A DNA stretch of 64,000 nucleotides from Setoptus koraiensis (GCA_048013815.1 CM106585.1:9858001-9922000), one strand, 5' to 3'; shown: positions 47,044 through 59,859, numbered from the stretch's first letter. The notes: generated from the letters alone by a model not told the origin. A program made the numbers and translations.

Positions 47044-48965
47044 CTATCTGTAGATGCCCGGGTTGAAATAGAGATGCTTGCTCCAACCAAGGCAGGTTGT
47101 TTCGATAGCCTCAACGTGACCTTCGCTTGATATCCTCCCTTTAATGTCATCGCTCACCTGAAATGTAGCAAATTAGATGTTGTCAGATAGCAGCAACTTT
47201 GTGATGAACACTTGTTTTTTTAATTGCAGAGTATCTAGATTCTTACCATCGCCAATATCCTTAGGATGTCCTTGTCCCAAGATTCCGTCATTAGAAAGTA
47301 AGATAACGACACCCCTAACCATGATCCGGCGACCTCATTTCTAACAGAAACGTAACCTATTAAAAAAAATGCATAATGGACTTTTTTTCGTCAAAATACA
47401 TTTTCATTCGCGAGTAGTCGCACAATATGTCTTTGACATTAAAGTGGCACTCACCTGGAAGACATGAGAAGCAAAATAACATGTCTGTCCTAGTTGGTAG
47501 TCTGTCCTCTGAGAATTTATTTACCCTCTTGAAAGGTGGAGGACGTTCCCGATATAAACGATATCTACTTTTTCTTTCACTCAAAGCAGATTCATCGATA
47601 GAGGAATGTGATGGAGACGACTCTGAACTGTCGTTTCCTCCATAGTCCGCAAGTCCTAAATTGATGGAGCAATCATGTGTACTTAGGAATGTTAGTTTTG
47701 TAACTACTGGTGAGATTTCATTAATTTTAGTCGTGGACCCCTATCATACTCACTTCCTCGGCAAGCTTGAACAATGAAAATCTTCGGCTTGCTTATCATC
47801 GTTTTGCAATGTCTATTGTCAAACAGATCAATCATGTAATTGAAATCTAGTTCTATTCCATCCGTACCATAAATTCCACTTTCGCTTCCGTGCGACAGTA
47901 TTATTATGACTAATGCATCGTTATCAACTTTACATTTCGCTCGAACCCTCTTTAAAGACTTTTTCATGTTTTTTGCGGTAAGGTTACGTTCATGGCTTAT
48001 TTCAAAACCTAATTGTCCGAATACATCTCTCATCCGAGTGGCATCGTGCTCAGAACCATTACGCTGGGGAAACAAATCTGAGTCGAAGTCGATATTGTTT
48101 ATAATCAAACATGGTCCTCTAGGTTTTGCAGTCATTTTATAATCCTCTAATGGGTCGTCATGACATTCTATTGCTTGTTTGACAAGCATTATATTAGAGG
48201 CGCCACCAGAAAGAGTTGATCCATTAGGAGTTGCACACGTGCCGAATGAATCATGAGTGCTGGGTTGCAATTGTGCTGTGGGCTGGAGTGTGAGAAGTCT
48301 AATATTGTTCTCAATTGTTGATGAGTCGTTTGGTGATAATGAAGAAGACAATTGGGCATCACATTTGAAGGAAAATGGATGCCATTTGAGCGTTTGAGGC
48401 AGTTCTTCTTGGGGGTGCTTTAAAAACAAAGTGCCATTTTGAGTGGAGTTTTTGTCATCAGACGAAATTTTAGAATTTCCCTCTGATTCGTAACCATCGA
48501 TGGTCTTCGTCCCTGTAATTTGCTGGTTAACTTGACTACAGGCCGGTTGGTGGTGACTGTGATGCGGATGATGAGGTAAGTGATTGTTGCTCAAGCCTTT
48601 TGGTGATATAGTTTTTAGCGCCTCGATGGAGCCTGTGAATTCTAGAATATCAGTAAATTCCTTGTATGCTGTTGGACCCCTTGTTTGTAAATCTGACAAA
48701 ATCATTACATTGCGTATCGAATCGTCTGGATAACACTTCATGTCACAATTGTAAGGATAGAATAAATAAATCAGTTTGTTAATATTTCATTGTAAAGCTA
48801 TTAGTAGCTTCGGTCAACTTCAAATATACTTACTTCTAGATGATCTATCATTGGCTTAGTGAATACCTTTCTCATGAGCAACAATTGGGCTACCTGTTGG
48901 AAATCAATATTCTTGGCCAAGAATTGTATGTTTTCTCGGATCAGTTCTCTATCACGATTTTCCAT
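47044..48965 (-). CDS. Initiator caspase with CARD-like prodomain (Dronc/caspase-2/9-like), 512 aa, 5 exons
   Basis: Exons 48965-48834, 48735-47754, 47655-47455, 47356-47247 and 47157-47044 (1,539 nt, frame kept). Motifs: RNGS..D, LSHG, KPKIFIVQACRG, PTRTDML, GYVSVR...GSW, KHLYFNPG. Confidence 0.9.
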
Positions 48966-49505
48966 ATTATTAGATATTATTTGAAAGTGTCTGAGTATAT
49001 CACAAAGATATTGAGTGCCTCTCGAAGTTCGACGAGATGTAAACAAGAGGAGTCCTAAATATTGATTACAGTCACATGTTATACTTGCCCATTCGATATA
49101 TTTTCTGCTAAGGATGGCTTTCATTTACACGAGATTTCAAGATAAATGCGTACATATTTACGATATAAACAAAAATGAATGAATCATAACTTATGATTCA
49201 TGAGCTATCCACAAGTCTCAACGTACAGGGTGTATCGTTGACTTTCTCTTAGAATGTTCATGCTGTCGATCTGTCTAACCAGTGGATCTCAGATGAGCAG
49301 GCTGTACTTTATTTGGCTCTATGTTGACTCTATGAATACTCGCCAGGTGGCTTTCACATGTTTTGCATTCAGGATTAACATGTATTGGATCCCATACAAC
49401 TCATGGAGATAGCAATATAGAGAGATCAGTTGACATAGAAAAATAAACTTTATTCTTTTTGGTAGCTAACATTTAAACTTTAATGCTACTCCTTGGACCG
49501 CAAAT

Positions 49506-50697
49506 CTACTCGTTCTTTACAGTGGGACGTGTCGACAATTCTTCAGTATGAGCCAGTTTTTCAGCTCGAGATATTTGCCTGCTCCACATGCTACCAATCA
49601 TTGGTGGAATTTTCGTTGGATCTTGACACTCATTATATTCGGGAACATCCAGATGTAGTACCCTCATCAAAAGTTTCATGCATTCATCCAAGGGGGTGTG
49701 AATAACTAGATCCGCTTTGGCGTCCATAAGTGTCGGTTGCAGATTAATAATTACAAGTTTGCCGGTTTTCTTCTTATTTGCATGCAAGGGCAATTTGTTG
49801 GCTGGCATCAGTTGCATGCTAGAGCCCATACCTAAGTATAGATGAGAGTGATATTGGGTTACTGATCAATAAATTCCTTGAATATGGTAATAATTAGCAC
49901 TAGATAAGATTCTCAAATATACACTTACAGATATGTAGATCGCTGGCCTTTGCTTCACGAGTGGCGATTTTCAATTCGTTTGGGGGTATAGAATTTTCCC
50001 AATCTAGGATAGTGTCTCTAAGTTTTCCTCGACACTTTTCGCGCGGACACTTGACATGTGACTTTTTTAAGCCCATTGTCTGACTTGGCTTCGAACGAAT
50101 GAAGCGGTTCTTACATAATGTACATTCATCTAAATAGAAGTTCCCATGCAGTTCACTAATGTAGCGTCTAGCAATCCCACTTCTCAAAAACAATCCGTCC
50201 ACGTTCTGGCTGATTAAGAAGTCAACAAGATTCTCAGCGAGCAACACTTTTAGGGCACGATGAGCAAAGGTAGGCTTGGCATCATCGAAGGATATTGCTG
50301 GATTTTGTGACTCTGATCCCGATTTATTATTTTGTTGCAAAGTCCAAACGCCTTTTGGTCCACGAAAATCTGGTATACCGGCTGCAGTTGACAAGCCCGC
50401 TCCCACGTGCACAACACATTTTTTGCAGTTCTTCAACCATTCGGCCAATGTGTCTACTTTGCTAGAAACGAGTGCGGATTCTTCAAAGACCTGATACAAA
50501 ATTGTAACCAATATTGTTTATCAAGTTAAATGATTCGGGTAGTAAAATTGTGTTATGATTGAGAAAATTCAGAGACTCAGAGATGTAATGACCGATCGTT
50601 TCAACTACGATAGTCTCTTTAATCTACTTACTTCTTCGATCCCACATATCCCAAGATCATCGTAGTCAGACAGTCCGGCTGCATAATTAATTGACAT
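49506..50697 (-). CDS. SIRT6: NAD-dependent deacylase sirtuin-6 (317 aa, 3 exons)
   Basis: Exons 50697-50632, 50490-49929 and 49831-49506 (954 nt). Motifs: MSINYAAGLS, GAGLSTAAGIPDFRGPKGVWT, SQNVDGL, ELHGN, LRDTILDWE, VIINLQPT. Confidence 0.93.
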
Positions 50698-51243
50698 CAC
50701 GTCGGCAACTATGTTAAGAAATTATTCAAGACCTGCGAGATATTTTCATGATCTACAACGGACACCGTAGAAATGTAAACAAGGATTTCAGGACATCGAG
50801 CGATAATATGCGACTTTTGCTCACCTGATCATGCGCAGAGGCTGACTTTTTGTTTCAGAGATCCTCTAGGCTACTAGTGTAGTTGTTGTTATCTCGTTTT
50901 TGGGATGTAGAGTTACAAATGGCGAAATCAGGAAATTCTTGGTAACTTTACAAAAGAACAGCAGTAGAAGAAGAAAGATAGAACGCCCAGAATAGGGCCC
51001 AACCTGAAAGATACCAACTGACAAGTGAGTGTTGTAAATTTATATAGCTGCATCAGCTGTGTTAGTATTGGTAAGAAAACTGATAATAAATTTTATTTGT
51101 CTTGAAAGTTGGGCAACTTTCAATGAGATCACCAATATTATGAATTTCCTCAATCAATTATTCAATGACAACGTCAAACGTTACTTTGGAGACTTCAAGT
51201 TGTGTGCAGTTTTGTTCTCTTGGCCAACAGACATTGACCCTAA

Positions 51244-54200
51244 TCAAGTCGTCAAGTGTCCTCTATGTTTTTTGGGTTCTCTTTGCTCTCTCGCTAATGA
51301 CACAAAGATATCCTCCAATGTCGAATCTCCGACTAAATAGTTTATATTCGCATGAATGGATTTTAGGTCCTTCAAAGACTTGAATATCAACGATCTTGGA
51401 ATTGAACCATCCGTCACTTTAAATACGACCGAATTTATGCTGACATCGTCTGTTATCAGAGAGTTTCTTAAGCTTCTAGATAGATGATCACTAACGGTAG
51501 CAATTTGTTCCTGGTTGTTGATATTATCTCTTCCAACACGATTTTCGTTAACATCAAACTGAACTCTTATAATATAGCCCTGTCCGAATTTTGATCGCAA
51601 GTGCTGAAATGATCCTAAACATCGCATTCGCCCTCGAATCATGATTGTCAATCTATCACAAATAGCCTCACATTCTTCCATTGCGTGTGATGATATAATA
51701 ACAGAGGAACCATGTTTACACTTAAGAGTATTTAGCAATAGCCATATGTCACGCCTCGACATTGGATCGATTCCGGCAGTTGGTTCGTCTAACATCAAAA
51801 CAGGAGGACTGCCTATTAATGCCATGGCAAGGGAAAGCTTTCGCTTAGTTCCACCTGATAAACTAACCACTGACTTGTGGCGATGTTCTTGCATACTCAA
51901 CAAGTCTAAGAGCGCATCCACAATAGATTTGATGCGGCTTTCCTCCACACCGCGCAGTCGTGCCATAAAATAAAGCGCCTCAAATGGTGATAGTCTCAAT
52001 TGAGGATTTGATTGGGGATCGTAGCCTATACCCTCACAATAAGCTTCCATGTCAGTTTCGGGACATAACATATTGCATACAACACGACCGTGGTCCGCGA
52101 AGATATCCCCAGTGAGCATAGAAAATGTTGTTGATTTACCGGCGCCATTTGGTCCTAGTAAACCGAAACATTCTGGCTTGCCAACAGCGAAGGTTAGCCC
52201 GTCGACTGCTCTATTTTTTCTTGTGTAGGATTTAGTTAGTTCTTTTGTTACTAATGCATTGTTGGCTATTCCTGAATAATTTTCCATGATACCTCTTGCT
52301 CGTATTTCCTCATTTACTACATCGTCGTCCAGAAGATCCATACCACTAGGCCTCTTGTCGATAAAATAAGACCTTGGGTCGAACAGATTTATAATATTCA
52401 TACGCTTTGTCTCTACTAGGCCCAAGATAATTGCGAAAAATATTGATTGTAGCAGAAGAACGATAATTCCGAGCCAGACCGATGAAGACCAGGAATATAA
52501 ATGATTAGGCGCCACTTTTTGGTTACAGTTTGGTAGGAAGGTATTTTTTATGAAGCCGTCCATCACTGCCATCTCCGCTGTCACAGTTGGAATTATATAG
52601 TAAAAGTAGTTGGAAATATTGTCTTCTTTTATAGGTCCTAAAATCTGAGTCATACTCAAAATAGTTACTAAAACCCATATCACTCTATGTATATTTAACA
52701 AGGTTACTAATATGGCTACTCCATTTGATAATTCGGTGACACAAGTTGATAATATATATGCCATTAACAGTAGAGCCAGACCTAATGCTAGCATCAATAT
52801 GAAAATGAAGCTATATAGCTCGAACCGCCCTCCAAATTGGTTTGCTTCATCACTTGTGAATGTATATTGGCAAAAAGCTATCAAGATCAATGAGTATAAT
52901 ATAATATATGCAAAGTCTACGACTAATCTAGAGATCCAAAACTGGAGCTGAGTTGCTTTCGAACATAATTGCATGAGTTTGAATTTACTCTCTCGTTCGG
53001 TCAGGGGATTTTTGATGAAACTTGTCATCACTGTCGTCAGTAAGAAAAAATTAAAGTTCCTAGGTAGACTAAAACAATTTGCTAAACGGGATAAACTCAT
53101 GGACATTGAGCATAAGACAATCGTGGCTAAGATAAAACGCCACCACAGAGTTGACCACATATCCCTGTAAGCTTCCAAGCAATGTTTCACGATGAATGCT
53201 ACCAATATCCTAGAATAAGAAGGGGTGGAATTTATCCGATGACCGACCAATGCAACTTTGTTGGATAGCGTTTCTAACTCCAATGCGACATTTTCGCTAG
53301 ATTGCACTGAATTTCCACTGAAAGCTTCCGCTGAATTCAATAGAACATCTTCTATAGTTGAGCACTTGAGACCAAACGATTTAATACCCAAACTTGTGTA
53401 ATTTTGCTCCAAATCCTCAAACAAATGTATCAGTTGATCGTCGGCATTATCACCGTCAGGTATAAGTTCAATAGTTGTGTCGACAAATTGATGATTTTGA
53501 TTTGTGTGACTCTGATCATTCGAGTCCAGTTTAGCTTTCGAGAAATGTTGTCCAACTCTTGAAACGACAGTACCGAGACTCACTTTCTTACATTCAAGTC
53601 GGAGCCTGTAAGCTGATCCAAATGCCCTCTTCAGAAACACAGACGAGCCACAACACACTATCTTTCCGGCACTCATAATAGCTATTCTGTCACCGAGATA
53701 GTCCGCTTCTTCCATGTGCTGGGTGGACAGTAAGACGGTTCGAGTTGATCGATACTTTCTTATGCTATCCCATATAAATTTTCTAGATTCTGGGTCTACG
53801 CCAGAGCTTGGTTCGTCCAAAATAAGAACGTTACTATCTCCTACAAAGGCCAATGCTAGACTGAGCTTGCGTTTCATACCGCCTGAGAGTTCACTGTATA
53901 ATTTATATCGATGCTGCAACAATCCGACACTCTCAAGAACTGTGTCAATATGTTGATGCTTTATATTGCCTGAATAGTTGCATTTAATACTGGCAAATAA
54001 ATATAGATGTTCATCTACTGTTAAGTCGTCCATAGCAATACTTTGTTGGGGACACAAACCGACACCAATTCTGGCATCCTCTGAACAAGTGTCGGCATCA
54101 TAGCCATTGATGTATAGTTTGCCTTGGCTGGGCGCTAGATTACCTAGTATCATGTTCATTAGGGTTGTTTTTCCAGCGCCATTGTGTCCAAGTAGCAATG

Positions 54201-55308
54201 TTGTCTGTCCTTTGTATACACTAAATGATAATGAGTTGACGACAATCCCTGAACTTGGGAATTTCTTTGTTACTTCATCCACATAAATACCCAATGGTTT
54301 GTTATGTGGTGCTGGTTCGAAATAATTTTTATCATAGTTAACGAAGGGGTCCGTCACTTTAGAATTTTGTTCTTCATGGGGTAGCCACAAACGTTGAACC
54401 TTTTGCTTGAGGCAGTATAGTAGAGGCTCTGGTGATTTGAGTGTTTGCCACGGACATATGGAGTCGAAGTACCAGGCATAAGAGAACATGATTAGAGACC
54501 AAAAGGTCATCAAGAGTAAAGTGATCTCTAAGGGTGGATAGTAGTAATTTTTACATGGTAGTTCATCCGGAGGGTCCGTAAATAGTCTGGCTTTTTGAAT
54601 CATCTGGACCATGGCTGTTTGGGGTGATATATGTGCCATAATGATTGATATAAAAATGAGATTCTCATTGACATGATCACAAATGGACTGATATACGTAG
54701 TTGTTTGCATAGTCAAGGAATGGGGCCAATATTGCCAAGGAAACTAGATTAGGTGAATTGATCAAGCTGCCCATAGCCAATATAACGCTAGTAACTTGTA
54801 ATGGGTATAAGATGAAAAACAGTGGGTAAATTCCGAACGGTACTGCTCCGTCTGGAGAAATTAAAGCTCTCAATATATAGCCAACGATGAGACTGATTGG
54901 CAACGATATTGTAAGTATGGAACATGACACACCCAGGTAGTATGACACCTTCTTGAGTCCCATTGTGTGCATTAATAAACGGAATCCGTCATGTTTTTCC
55001 GTAACGAGCCAAGCTATGGAAAAGAAGAAATGCGTCCAAAATATAGACAACATAACTTTGGGCGATATTTTCCATCCCATTTGTTTCAATATATCTGGCA
55101 TATTTTTATTTGACTTTGATTGTTCTATGAGGATGTAAACGCCTAGTACGATGACGAAAAGTGGACAGACTAATTCTATGAACGATCTTACATAGTGTCT
55201 CCTTTTCATCGAGAAGAAATGTTTCGCTATGGCCCAAGCTTGTCCAATTATCGACGGCTTGATGGCCTCGAGAGATGGCTCTTTTTGCGCAGCATTACGG
55301 GCCTCCAT
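51244..55308 (-). CDS. ABCA: ABC transporter subfamily A (full transporter, intronless, 1,354 aa), paralog 2
   Basis: ATG-initiated ORF. Both NBDs carry Walker A, signature and Walker B motifs. Collinear with paralog 1. Confidence 0.94.
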   Translation of the reverse strand: MEARNAAQKEPSLEAIKPSIIGQAWAIAKHFFSMKRRHYVRSFIELVCPLFVIVLGVYILIEQSKSNKNMPDILKQMGWKISPKVMLSIFWTHFFFSIAWLVTEKHDGFRLLMHTMGLKKVSYYLGVSCSILTISLPISLIVGYILRALISPDGAVPFGIYPLFFILYPLQVTSVILAMGSLINSPNLVSLAILAPFLDYANNYVYQSICDHVNENLIFISIIMAHISPQTAMVQMIQKARLFTDPPDELPCKNYYYPPLEITLLLMTFWSLIMFSYAWYFDSICPWQTLKSPEPLLYCLKQKVQRLWLPHEEQNSKVTDPFVNYDKNYFEPAPHNKPLGIYVDEVTKKFPSSGIVVNSLSFSVYKGQTTLLLGHNGAGKTTLMNMILGNLAPSQGKLYINGYDADTCSEDARIGVGLCPQQSIAMDDLTVDEHLYLFASIKCNYSGNIKHQHIDTVLESVGLLQHRYKLYSELSGGMKRKLSLALAFVGDSNVLILDEPSSGVDPESRKFIWDSIRKYRSTRTVLLSTQHMEEADYLGDRIAIMSAGKIVCCGSSVFLKRAFGSAYRLRLECKKVSLGTVVSRVGQHFSKAKLDSNDQSHTNQNHQFVDTTIELIPDGDNADDQLIHLFEDLEQNYTSLGIKSFGLKCSTIEDVLLNSAEAFSGNSVQSSENVALELETLSNKVALVGHRINSTPSYSRILVAFIVKHCLEAYRDMWSTLWWRFILATIVLCSMSMSLSRLANCFSLPRNFNFFLLTTVMTSFIKNPLTERESKFKLMQLCSKATQLQFWISRLVVDFAYIILYSLILIAFCQYTFTSDEANQFGGRFELYSFIFILMLALGLALLLMAYILSTCVTELSNGVAILVTLLNIHRVIWVLVTILSMTQILGPIKEDNISNYFYYIIPTVTAEMAVMDGFIKNTFLPNCNQKVAPNHLYSWSSSVWLGIIVLLLQSIFFAIILGLVETKRMNIINLFDPRSYFIDKRPSGMDLLDDDVVNEEIRARGIMENYSGIANNALVTKELTKSYTRKNRAVDGLTFAVGKPECFGLLGPNGAGKSTTFSMLTGDIFADHGRVVCNMLCPETDMEAYCEGIGYDPQSNPQLRLSPFEALYFMARLRGVEESRIKSIVDALLDLLSMQEHRHKSVVSLSGGTKRKLSLAMALIGSPPVLMLDEPTAGIDPMSRRDIWLLLNTLKCKHGSSVIISSHAMEECEAICDRLTIMIRGRMRCLGSFQHLRSKFGQGYIIRVQFDVNENRVGRDNINNQEQIATVSDHLSRSLRNSLITDDVSINSVVFKVTDGSIPRSLIFKSLKDLKSIHANINYLVGDSTLEDIFVSLAREQREPKKHRGHLTT

Positions 55309-56537
55309 GGTATGTGACAGATCGAATGTGATGTGATGGTCGATGATAGTGGTAATAGATAAAATGATGGTACATGTATTATGCTGAAACTAAAATAAAA
55401 TTCGGCCTTGTTGGGCCGCTAAATTTTCCACAATCCATTGAAATAGCGATCAGCTGTTGCGTTCCGTGTCCGGCTAGAATGGTGCAGCGCACCACAACAC
55501 ACTGCACCACACATTCCAACGATCGTGCGCTATGTTGTGCGCGGGACGAAAAGATCTATCCAGACCGCCGCCCTCTGCATCCGAGTGCATGAGGTCACAT
55601 CGACTGGTTACGCCGGATCTGACCAAACCCAGAAGCCCCTCATGATTGGTAGACCAGGTGAGATCGCCCCTGCATCTAGTTATCTAACTATGCCGAGACC
55701 ATTTCTGCGGGTGCAACGGGCAACAAACTCGCAGCGTAATAACGTAAGCAACCTAATACTGGTATGAGATTGATGACCAGGACAAATCGGCATAGACGCC
55801 GGAAAGTCCGCAGCATGTCTCCCCTGTAGTCGGTTGTTGTCGTTTGTGCAAAACTATTGTCGCTAGCTTGCAACAAGCACCATGCTCCCTATGCTCATAA
55901 TGCCGAATGGCCAAATGAATATGATACATACTTTACTTTATGTAAACAAGTATGGCGAGGAAGCAAGCGATAGATGCGGCAAAGTGAATGTGGTGCGACA
56001 AAGCAACAAACAAAAACAACTCATCCAACATTGTACATGATGAACTTAAAAACAAGGGTATATAGGGGGTATATCATAAGGTATGAGAAGGGCACGACAA
56101 GCCGAAGAAAATAAATGACTGTGGGAGTGTTTGTCGTCTCTTACATGAACTCCATAAATACCCGGGCAAGCTCCTTTTTGAACCCTTTGTACAGGTTCTT
56201 GTGCTTGCTTCCAAAAATGATCAAATGAATAGCTAATGTTACATCGAAACAACTAACGTTACGCAACCAACAAACGAGATTTTAATAATATTAATATCAA
56301 CAATAACATCACAGATTGTACTTGATTCTCTGCCACTAGTATACCATAACAGGTGAGCCACACTATTGAGTATGTTGTCATTAGCATAGCGATCAGGTGA
56401 ACAACACTCATTGTTTCATTACGAAACCATAGTTGTTATAAATCACTCACACTCCGCACATCAAACGAACAGTCAATAAACTCATCTTTTTCACCACACT
56501 AATTGTTGAATCTAGATAATTTCAACCAGATATTACA

Positions 56538-57822
56538 ATGGCTGCCTTTCGAAAACCCACTGTCATGTACATGAGACGGCTGAATTTAGTGAAAGACTCG
56601 ATGAAATTGGCCGGAATTCAGCTCAACAACACTCTGTAAGTCACTATTTGATTAATTGAACTCGCTCATAACACTATTCAGGCTTTCAACTTCTTCTCTC
56701 TTTCTTCTCATTAACTCGCCTTCAGATTCACTTCGGCATCCTCGATGTCACCCAACACTGGCAAGGACAATCCCGGCTCACACGACAATGGGGAACACAA
56801 GCCATCTGGCTGGTTCGACAGGATGTTTGTACGCCGTATGAATCCAGGAAACGAGCCTCACTCTAGACTTTTGTAAGCATCCAGAACATTTCACCCAATC
56901 ATTTGAAATACTAGACACCTGATCATATTGATCTAATATAATCACCGTCTAACTGTCGTCGCCTTTGTTGAATATCAGATCAGCTAGTGAATATATCTAC
57001 GATATGCATGTCCACGATGCCAAACCAGATGCGTCTGAATCTTACATTGGAAAGTATGAAAAGTTCACCACTGAATTGACAACAAAGACACGAAACAAGG
57101 CAGAACTTGTGGGTAGCTGGAGAGTAGAAATAGGTGACCAAGACCAATTTATTCATCTCTGGAAGTATCATGATGGTTACAAGCAAGCATCGGATATTTT
57201 CAACACCATCAGGACTGATCAGACTCTGGTGAAGCTCATTAATGACCATAAGAAGGATCTGAGAAAGAGACAAAATCAGTTCATGATGTCATTCAGTTTC
57301 TGGAATCACCCCATGCCTCAAGATAACAATTCCTTCTATGAGATGAGATCATACATCCTCAAGGTACGTTAGTGATTTCATCCATACTCGACATTCGTAC
57401 AACTTGCACGGTATAAATTGAATTTTTGCTGACATTTTCCATTTTGAATTATTAGCCAGGTACTATGATTGATTGGGCCAATGGATGGTCTAAAGGAATA
57501 AAACATAGGGATCATGCCGTTGCCGGATTCTTTTCTCAAATAGGACAACTCTACAATGTTCATCACTTGTGGCGTAAGTTGTGTTTCTCACAGACCAATA
57601 TAATAGTATAATTTTTGGACAAATCTCATTAAGTTCGAACTTATTCGCATCCTATCCATGTTTCTAATAAAAGGTTATGAGGACCTTCAAGTGAGAAAAG
57701 ACATCAGGGAGAACGCCTGGAGAAGGCCAGGATGGGACGAAGTTGTGTCAATTACTGTACCAAACATAGTTTCATTGCACTCTAGATGGATGTCACCGAA
57801 TAACTTTTCGCCAATACGTTGA
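56538..57822 (+). CDS. NIPSNAP: NIPSNAP family mitochondrial protein (298 aa, 5 exons)
   Basis: Exons 56538-56635, 56726-56872, 56979-57363, 57456-57573 and 57674-57822 (897 nt). Motifs: [30 protein letters not shown]|[30 protein letters not shown]. Confidence 0.93.
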
Positions 57823-58006
57823 GTGGAATACATCAGTTTTTATTCTAAGTGAAGCCAAACCTATTGTGCAATTGCTTTCATGCGCCGCCTATCAATTCAT
57901 ACACATGCAGACATGAATTGATATTATGAAACTAAATAAATAAGTGAAAACATATTGTCTATCACAGTTCTTCTATTATGTATTTTATGTGTAATTATTA
58001 CTAATG

Positions 58007-58642
58007 TCACTTCCACCATGAGACCATGCCCAATCCTGACTCTGAAATGGATCCAATGATTGTGTAAGGAACTTCTGTTTTGTCTGAGTGATCATTGATT
58101 AAAGCTGAGCCAGGCACTGGGCCAGATTGGTTTGTTTGAGACGAGGGGCCCTGAGGTGAGACGTCGACAAAGTTCTCTTTGAGAACACGAAATCTAATTT
58201 GGTCGCCTACCTCTAACAGTAGTTTGTGCTCTTTGTCTTCTTCGTCGGTATAGTGCCAGGTCCAGGTTTGATCGGTCTCATTGAAATTGGCCGGCTCACA
58301 CAGTTGCTGTGGTGGAATGGTGATAGAGTCAAAGAAGCCAAGCGATACGCTTAGTCCTTCTTTTGAGCTACTCTTGAGTGTGCCACAAATAATTTCCCCA
58401 ATTGCGGGCCTAAAAACAATCATCCTACAAGTGCATTGGGTATGTATGGCTGCGTCTCCACAATAAATAGATGATTCGCCTATTTCTACTATGTCGTATA
58501 AACATATTACTAGACCAATGCCAAGCATGACCTTGTTGGCAAATCGTTTGTTTAATTCATCGCTTAATACAATCTCTATGGGTTCGTTCAGTTGATTTGC
58601 GGGTACTCCGATTGTATCTTTGAGTTTAACTAGGACAAACAT
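58007..58642 (-). CDS. POLR3H: RNA polymerase III subunit RPC8/RPC25 (intronless, 211 aa)
   Basis: MFVL..., ELNKRFANKV..GIGLVICLYDI, VFRP..GE, SLGFFDSI.IP and C-terminal SESGLGMVSWW. Confidence 0.92.
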   Translation of the reverse strand: MFVLVKLKDTIGVPANQLNEPIEIVLSDELNKRFANKVMLGIGLVICLYDIVEIGESSIYCGDAAIHTQCTCRMIVFRPAIGEIICGTLKSSSKEGLSVSLGFFDSITIPPQQLCEPANFNETDQTWTWHYTDEEDKEHKLLLEVGDQIRFRVLKENFVDVSPQGPSSQTNQSGPVPGSALINDHSDKTEVPYTIIGSISESGLGMVSWWK

Positions 58643-59199
58643 GTTGCTGTAGCGATGTAGATAATGAATAGATAAATGAAAAACAGGCTATCTCATGCAA
58701 ACATAACGGTGTGTTTTTACGCGTCAGTCATTAATTGTGCGATGAATATCCAATTAAAAAAAGGAAGCATGTTGAACGCATGAGGCAAAGAAATATTGCA
58801 AACTGACCTTTGCATAATTACTGCTGTATTTATTTGCCTGTGTGTCTCGGAATGCAGCCTAAACCGCATGTCTGTCTGTTCAATTTTCGAGCATATGTTT
58901 TGTGCGCACGACCGTTTGTTATTATTTGCACCTTCCATACAATGAATCCCGATAATGGCCGTCTGAAAGCATGTCCGACAAGCAGTTTCTACTGCATATA
59001 TTCTAATTGCAATTTTATAACTATCTTTAACATTGATTACGTAGTGGTCTTACAATAGTTTATCGTCCGACTCATGGTTATGATACACCAGAAGAACAAC
59101 GCATTGGAACAAACTTGGGCCCATCCTCTGGCTCAGCTCTACGACGCCATAAGGCACTATTTATTTTAACTTAATTTTAACTAATAATACAGTGATCGA

Positions 59200-59859
59200 A
59201 TGAAATTGTCAGTGGTGAAAACATCATTCAAAAATGTTGCCGGCGAATATTTACAGGTCACTACTGTCAAGGAAAACAACTATTTACAAGTATCAGTTTG
59301 CAAGGAAAAGAAGAAGCCACTCATTGGCGGGCTTTGCAACTTTAAACAATTCTGGCTGCTACTATTGCCCAGTTTTCTATTTATCCTAGCCTACACTGAG
59401 CTCAACGTCTTCTACAAATTAGTAATAATTGCCACCCCATCCTTATACTGTCTGCAGACTCTTAGGAAAACTGTCACAAAAGAATCTATACTAGTTATTC
59501 GTTCCATGTCGTCAGACTCTTTGCAGTATTCTAAGTTTTATCTGTTTGGACGTCAATCCACTAGATACCTACCCGCCGGTGAATTGGCCATCTGTGAAAC
59601 GCTCAGATTTAATAGTATTATTTACAATTTGATGGTTATTGGCGCTAGGCAGCCACGCAGCACCGCCTCAGATTCCAATGAATTGTCGCAACAACAGCAG
59701 CGCCAACCGACCAATAGCAACACCACCAGAAACAGAGACAATGTAGTGCTCCTAAAGGCCAGCCTGCCACGCTTAGATTGTCTGAAATACATCTACAATC
59801 AAATAAAAGAGTTTCAACGTGATTCAACACCACTTAATAGGAAGGAAATGCAGACTTGA
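59200..59859 (+). CDS. PIGH: GPI-GlcNAc transferase subunit H-like (219 aa, intronless)
   Basis: Two N-terminal TM segments, V..ESILVI, Y.FGR.ST.Y, E...NSIIY.L and C-terminal LPRLDCL..IY. Confidence 0.8.
   Translation: MKLSVVKTSFKNVAGEYLQVTTVKENNYLQVSVCKEKKKPLIGGLCNFKQFWLLLLPSFLFILAYTELNVFYKLVIIATPSLYCLQTLRKTVTKESILVIRSMSSDSLQYSKFYLFGRQSTRYLPAGELAICETLRFNSIIYNLMVIGARQPRSTASDSNELSQQQQRQPTNSNTTRNRDNVVLLKASLPRLDCLKYIYNQIKEFQRDSTPLNRKEMQT

Noticed and set aside
55798-55820. GGAAAGTCCG resembling RNase P/MRP CR-I
   Set aside because: No matching CR-V or P4 partner was found nearby.
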